36,534 bases of DNA from contig JACQJR010000001.1 in assembly GCA_016204995.1 (NCBI GenBank), positions 435,132-471,665 on the forward strand. Reading direction: 5' to 3'. The position numbers and the translations under genes are program-made. Every line of letters starts with the position of its first letter. The stretch's first letter is position 1. Of this stretch, positions 33,069 to 36,534 are shown one piece after another. The stretch is from Candidatus Microgenomates bacterium (lineage in GTDB: Bacteria; Patescibacteriota; Microgenomatia; UBA8517; JACQJR01). Under the pieces are notes generated by a model. That model ran no database searches, had not been told where the DNA came from, and saw only the letters and a list, made by a program, of their open reading frames with translations.

Positions 33069-35830
33069 ATTGCTGAAAACTGCACATCACTGCGCAATAG
33101 GGTATTGTACCCCACAGCATTACTCTCCGTCAAGGAAGAAGGGGGAAACAAGGTAACTCTGAAATTGTCGGGATAGCGAATCTTCAAGGTGACGGGATCC
33201 TCCACCACCCCATATTGTTTTTGCCATAAGAAGACTAAACTACCCCGATCAGTCATTTGGAGAGAGTTTTGCCAAGATATCAACAGTTGCCTAGTTTCCC
33301 CTGCCGGCACGAGAATTAACATTCCGGCCACATTCTTGCCATGCTCCTGGCTGAAATCAGGCGCTAAATTGACACTCTGACCGTTGGCGGGATTGACTAA
33401 ACTGGCCGATATGACAGCAGACGAAAGTGGACTATACAGCCGCAGATAGTTTTTGTAACCCAAATCAATTTTGCCTTTAGGGTTTTGGTTAACGTAGGAG
33501 ATGGTCAAATTATGCAGCAACTTATCCGAATTTAGCGACAATTCCAGTTGAGCGCTACGGGATAAACCAAAATTCGCTTTATTCACTCCCACATTCGCTT
33601 CTGCGATAAAAAGATAGTCCTCCTGACATTTGACATTTGACATTTGACCTGCCTGCCTTGCCTGCGCAAGCGGGGCAGGCAGGCATTTGACATCCCTTAG
33701 TCCCCCATCCCAACCTAATTCAGCAAGAATCGCTTGTTGCTTACGGTTATTAAGATAAATAGATAGATGGCGGCCAGCCAGATTATCCATGATTACCTTC
33801 CCTATGGAAACTATCTTCGTTTGGCTCGTCTTTAATCTGTCTATTAAAATGCGGGTTGTCGCAGTTAAAAAATCACGCTTGCGGGTGGATCCCGGAAAAA
33901 ATTCTTCCTGGGCAAAAAATTGGGTTTTTTCATAAAAATTACTTTCATTAATTTTAGTATTGAAATCAGCTATATCTAATGACCCAACAATTCCTATTAG
34001 TTTTTTAACTGTTTCTAGATCCAAAGCCACTACCCCATCCACCTGTTGGTTTAATTCCTTATCCAAAAACCAGGCGGCCCGTTGGCCAGTCGTGGGAAAA
34101 TCAGGATCCCAATTAGAATCACGCAAATACCAGTTGGCTTCTCCCAGGTGAGTTTTTAAGGCGGGCGGCGGCTCCACATGTCCTGAAAGATGACCATCGG
34201 CTTCGTAAACATCTTGAATATCAATATTAATTAACTTACCATGATCTATGGTCAATAAACCAATTGATCCAATAAAACCGCCCGTAGGCCGCAACTCCAT
34301 ATTATTTTGCAAAAGCAATAAATATTGCCTTTTACCTTTAAAGCCTAACAAATCAGGCGTTTCTTTGACCAGGGTGGTTAGTTTGGTGATAGTGGTAAAA
34401 TCCACCGGGAAGTTCTGTCGCAAAAAGTCATTCTTCTCGGCGGCCGAGAGACTTAAATCGCGGCTTAATGAATCTACTTCTAGTACAAAACTATTAACAA
34501 TCTGCTCTTCTGTTCCACTATCGCCGCCGATCACACCAGTAAAAATTTTCTGTCCCAGACCGGCAATCTTAGCTCCCCTGACTGCTATATCTGCCACCTC
34601 CTCTAAAGAACGAACCTGATTTCTCGCCGGCAGAAGGCTTTCCCCCATTCCCGGAATTATCATTAAATTACCCAAACTACTATCTGCCACTACCAAGGAT
34701 TGCTTGCTAAAATTCGCCCAGCGGCTAGCCTCATTAAAATTCCCGGCGGCAAAAGACTTCTTGGCCATCGCGAGCATCACTCCCCCACCGGTAAAAGATA
34801 AAAATGGTAAGCCGATAAACCAGAAGAATATTAATATCAACCCCAGCCAGATAGCCCATTTCCAGCCTTTAGGGATTGGCTTGTGGCTTGCCTTGCCGGC
34901 AGACAAGTCTTTAGTCTTTGGTCGTTGGCTTTTAGTTTCTCTAATTTTGGGAGTTATTTTGGAAACATTTTCGCGAAAGTATTGCAAGGTTTGACTAATG
35001 CCTAAAACCAGAGGGGTATGAACCGGCAATAATTCACCACCCCAAGACTCATCCGCGTCTGAAAAAGAATGGCTACCAATCCCCTGCTGGCTCACACTTC
35101 TAACCGTGTCGTAAAAAACAGAAATGCTTATTTCGCGCACAGCAAAGGAGAAGGTTTTACCACGACTGTTAGGCGAAAACATGGCCAGTATTATGCCACT
35201 TACTGCATCATCTAAAAATAAAGGCAAAACCTTTTGGTGTCCTGCTGCATAAGCAAGAGGTGAAGATAAAAGTGTCTGGTGAATAATGTTTCCCAGGGGA
35301 TCATCCAAAAACAAAGGCATGGTTGGACCGTATAAGTTTCCTAATTCCACCAACCGGACATCTACCTGTCTATTCTTGCCATATTCTAAAACAAAAGTTT
35401 TATAGAATTGGTTAACTTCGCGAAGCTTCTCCGATTTATTTTGCTCACTACTGGCAAATAAAAATTTAGCGTGGGCCTGGTCAGCAATTTCCAAAAGGCG
35501 CTCAATTACTTTATGTTGTTCTTGCAGCAGCAAAAAATATAAATCTGCTGTTTCCGGTCCCACTCTTTCCAAATAAAAAATATAATTCGGTAGGGGTAGG
35601 TTAGTCGGAAAGTTTTGGGCGAGATCCTGCTCTAGAATATTTAGATTTTTATCTTGCAGGGGTAATAAATTTTCTTTAATCCCCACTTGCCAATTATCAA
35701 TGGCAATAATTTTTGCTCCTTTTTTTAATAAATTTCGGCAAAGATCTGCCCCCAAAAAAGAGGCAGCATTAACTACCCAAATTACTGGATGATGATGCTC
35801 GCTAATTAAACTGCCCAAACCTTTGGCCAT
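33047..35830 (-). CDS. Fusion protein: degenerate NAD-epimerase/dehydratase-like Rossmann domain, TM helix and extracytoplasmic DUF4012 domain
   Basis: The N-terminal VIWVVNAASFLGADLCRNLLKKGAKIIAIDN corresponds to the VTGGAGFIGSHL region, and LGNLYGP is also present. TM helix WAIWLGLILIFFWFIGLPFLSF. LLLLQNNMELRPTGGFIGSIGLL...DVYEADG is DUF4012-like. Confidence 0.75.
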   Translation of the reverse strand: MAKGLGSLISEHHHPVIWVVNAASFLGADLCRNLLKKGAKIIAIDNWQVGIKENLLPLQDKNLNILEQDLAQNFPTNLPLPNYIFYLERVGPETADLYFLLLQEQHKVIERLLEIADQAHAKFLFASSEQNKSEKLREVNQFYKTFVLEYGKNRQVDVRLVELGNLYGPTMPLFLDDPLGNIIHQTLLSSPLAYAAGHQKVLPLFLDDAVSGIILAMFSPNSRGKTFSFAVREISISVFYDTVRSVSQQGIGSHSFSDADESWGGELLPVHTPLVLGISQTLQYFRENVSKITPKIRETKSQRPKTKDLSAGKASHKPIPKGWKWAIWLGLILIFFWFIGLPFLSFTGGGVMLAMAKKSFAAGNFNEASRWANFSKQSLVVADSSLGNLMIIPGMGESLLPARNQVRSLEEVADIAVRGAKIAGLGQKIFTGVIGGDSGTEEQIVNSFVLEVDSLSRDLSLSAAEKNDFLRQNFPVDFTTITKLTTLVKETPDLLGFKGKRQYLLLLQNNMELRPTGGFIGSIGLLTIDHGKLINIDIQDVYEADGHLSGHVEPPPALKTHLGEANWYLRDSNWDPDFPTTGQRAAWFLDKELNQQVDGVVALDLETVKKLIGIVGSLDIADFNTKINESNFYEKTQFFAQEEFFPGSTRKRDFLTATTRILIDRLKTSQTKIVSIGKVIMDNLAGRHLSIYLNNRKQQAILAELGWDGGLRDVKCLPAPLAQARQAGQMSNVKCQEDYLFIAEANVGVNKANFGLSRSAQLELSLNSDKLLHNLTISYVNQNPKGKIDLGYKNYLRLYSPLSSAVISASLVNPANGQSVNLAPDFSQEHGKNVAGMLILVPAGETRQLLISWQNSLQMTDRGSLVFLWQKQYGVVEDPVTLKIRYPDNFRVTLFPPSSLTESNAVGYNTLLRSDVQFSAIWQVQTE
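33625..33692. repeat. GACATTT x3 heptamers plus a 36-bp GC-rich palindrome flanked by CATTTGA(C) direct repeats, read through in frame
   Basis: gacattt gacattt gacattt ga | CCTGCCTGCC ttgcctgcgcaagcgg GGCAGGCAGG | catttgaca. The outer stem is a 10-bp perfect match. The minus-strand translation is DVKC-LPAPLAQARQAG-QMSNVKCQ. Confidence 0.9.
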
Positions 35831-35930
35831 ATCTATAGAGTAGAATTAGTTGCGGTTTTTTTCAATCATCCAAAAATATTAAAAAATATTTTCCGGGAAA
35901 TGAAAGTAAAAAACGGATGCGAAAAAATAT

Positions 35931-36350
35931 TCAGTCTGTGAAAGAGGTTTGGAAATCCAAAGCTTTGTTAACCAACGCATCTGCCAATTTATTTTTACTT
36001 CTCGGGATTGCCTGGAAAAAAATTTTGCCGGAAATATTTTTTTGTTTTTGGCGAATTTCCATAATAATAGCCAGTAAATTTTTATTTTTAATTTTGTAGC
36101 GGCCGGTTAATTGATTAACGACGAGTTCTGAATCCAGAAAAAAATTAATTTTAAGTGGTTGATTTTGGAGGCCAGCTAAAAAAGTAAATGCCATTAATAC
36201 TGCGGTATACTCTGCTTGATTATTAGTGCCGTGACCTAAAAATTTTCCCTCTGATTTAATTATCTTGCCGGTTTCATCTAGAACTACAAAGGCGGATGCA
36301 GCCGGCCCCGGATTTCCCCGACTACCGCCATCACAAAAAATAGTTAACAT
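35931..36350 (-). CDS. rnhA: Ribonuclease HI
   Basis: IFCDGGSRGNPGPAASAFVV, GTNNQAEYTAVLMA and a C-terminal SKNKLADALVNKAL. 139 aa. Confidence 0.85.
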   Translation of the reverse strand: MLTIFCDGGSRGNPGPAASAFVVLDETGKIIKSEGKFLGHGTNNQAEYTAVLMAFTFLAGLQNQPLKINFFLDSELVVNQLTGRYKIKNKNLLAIIMEIRQKQKNISGKIFFQAIPRSKNKLADALVNKALDFQTSFTD

Positions 36351-36443
36351 AAAGACATTTTATCAGAATTTTTTAAAAGTTAAACCAACTAAAATGGTTA
36401 GTAAAAGCTGATTTTGTTGAAGAGTTAACCAATAATGATCCAC

Positions 36444-36507
36444 CAATCCTAACAATAGAATTGTTAGGATTGCAATTTCTAATTTCAAATTTCTAATTTC
36501 TAATAAA
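36444..36507. repeat. Perfect 13-bp inverted repeat followed by an AATTTCT-type heptamer array
   Basis: CAATCCTAACAAT-AGA-ATTGTTAGGATTG (36444-36472), then caatttc taatttc aaatttc taatttc taataaa (36473-36507). Confidence 0.9.
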
Positions 36508-36534
36508 TGATTTAATACTTTAAATATTAAAAAT

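Overview
AT-rich, very gene-dense bacterial chromosomal window with about 38 CDS and one tRNA (Cys-GCA). I see no rRNA, CRISPR array, transposase, integrase or phage gene. Gene gaps are short or overlapping.

The gene content is compact aminoacyl-tRNA synthetases, many cell-envelope genes and no biosynthetic or respiratory operons. This looks like a reduced Candidate Phyla Radiation / Patescibacteria (Microgenomates-like) genome; that placement is inference only.

Gene blocks, left to right:
- GT-C glycosyltransferase (partial) and an LCP-family gene.
- pcrA-like helicase and a FemAB-family gene.
- RelE/Phd toxin-antitoxin pair.
- UvrD-motor/Fe-S-nuclease fusion and rmuC.
- TrpR/YerC-like gene and metG.
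- Envelope glycan cluster: GT2, GT39-like, WecA/MraY-family and a UbiA-family phosphoribosyltransferase.
- PEGA/SH3 protein, then tRNA-Cys.
- Secreted dockerin-like protein, O-antigen-ligase-like protein, M23 peptidase and an RnfD/NqrB-like membrane protein.
- groES-groEL.
- Nucleotidyltransferase and a solute-binding protein.
- vanW-tsaD-tsaC-valS operon.
- rplY (L25/Ctc), an epimerase-like/DUF4012 giant protein and rnhA.

I found no obvious novel protein-based system. The most unusual signals are at the DNA level:
1. A dispersed family of 7-nt-period tandem repeats (AATTTCC / AATTTCT / AAATGTC / GTTCAGA types) occurs at eight or more loci. Several are translated in frame inside conserved genes (FemAB-like, tsaD, valS, DUF4012, and the vanW start codon).
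2. About 35-bp GC-rich palindromes sit inside AAATGTC-type arrays and are flanked by 7-9 bp direct repeats. One is intergenic and one is read through in frame.
3. A GC-rich ~230-nt non-coding island lies 3' of tRNA-Cys. It holds two double mini-hairpin units that differ only by compensatory base-pair swaps and loop changes, and an acceptor-like helix ending in CCA.
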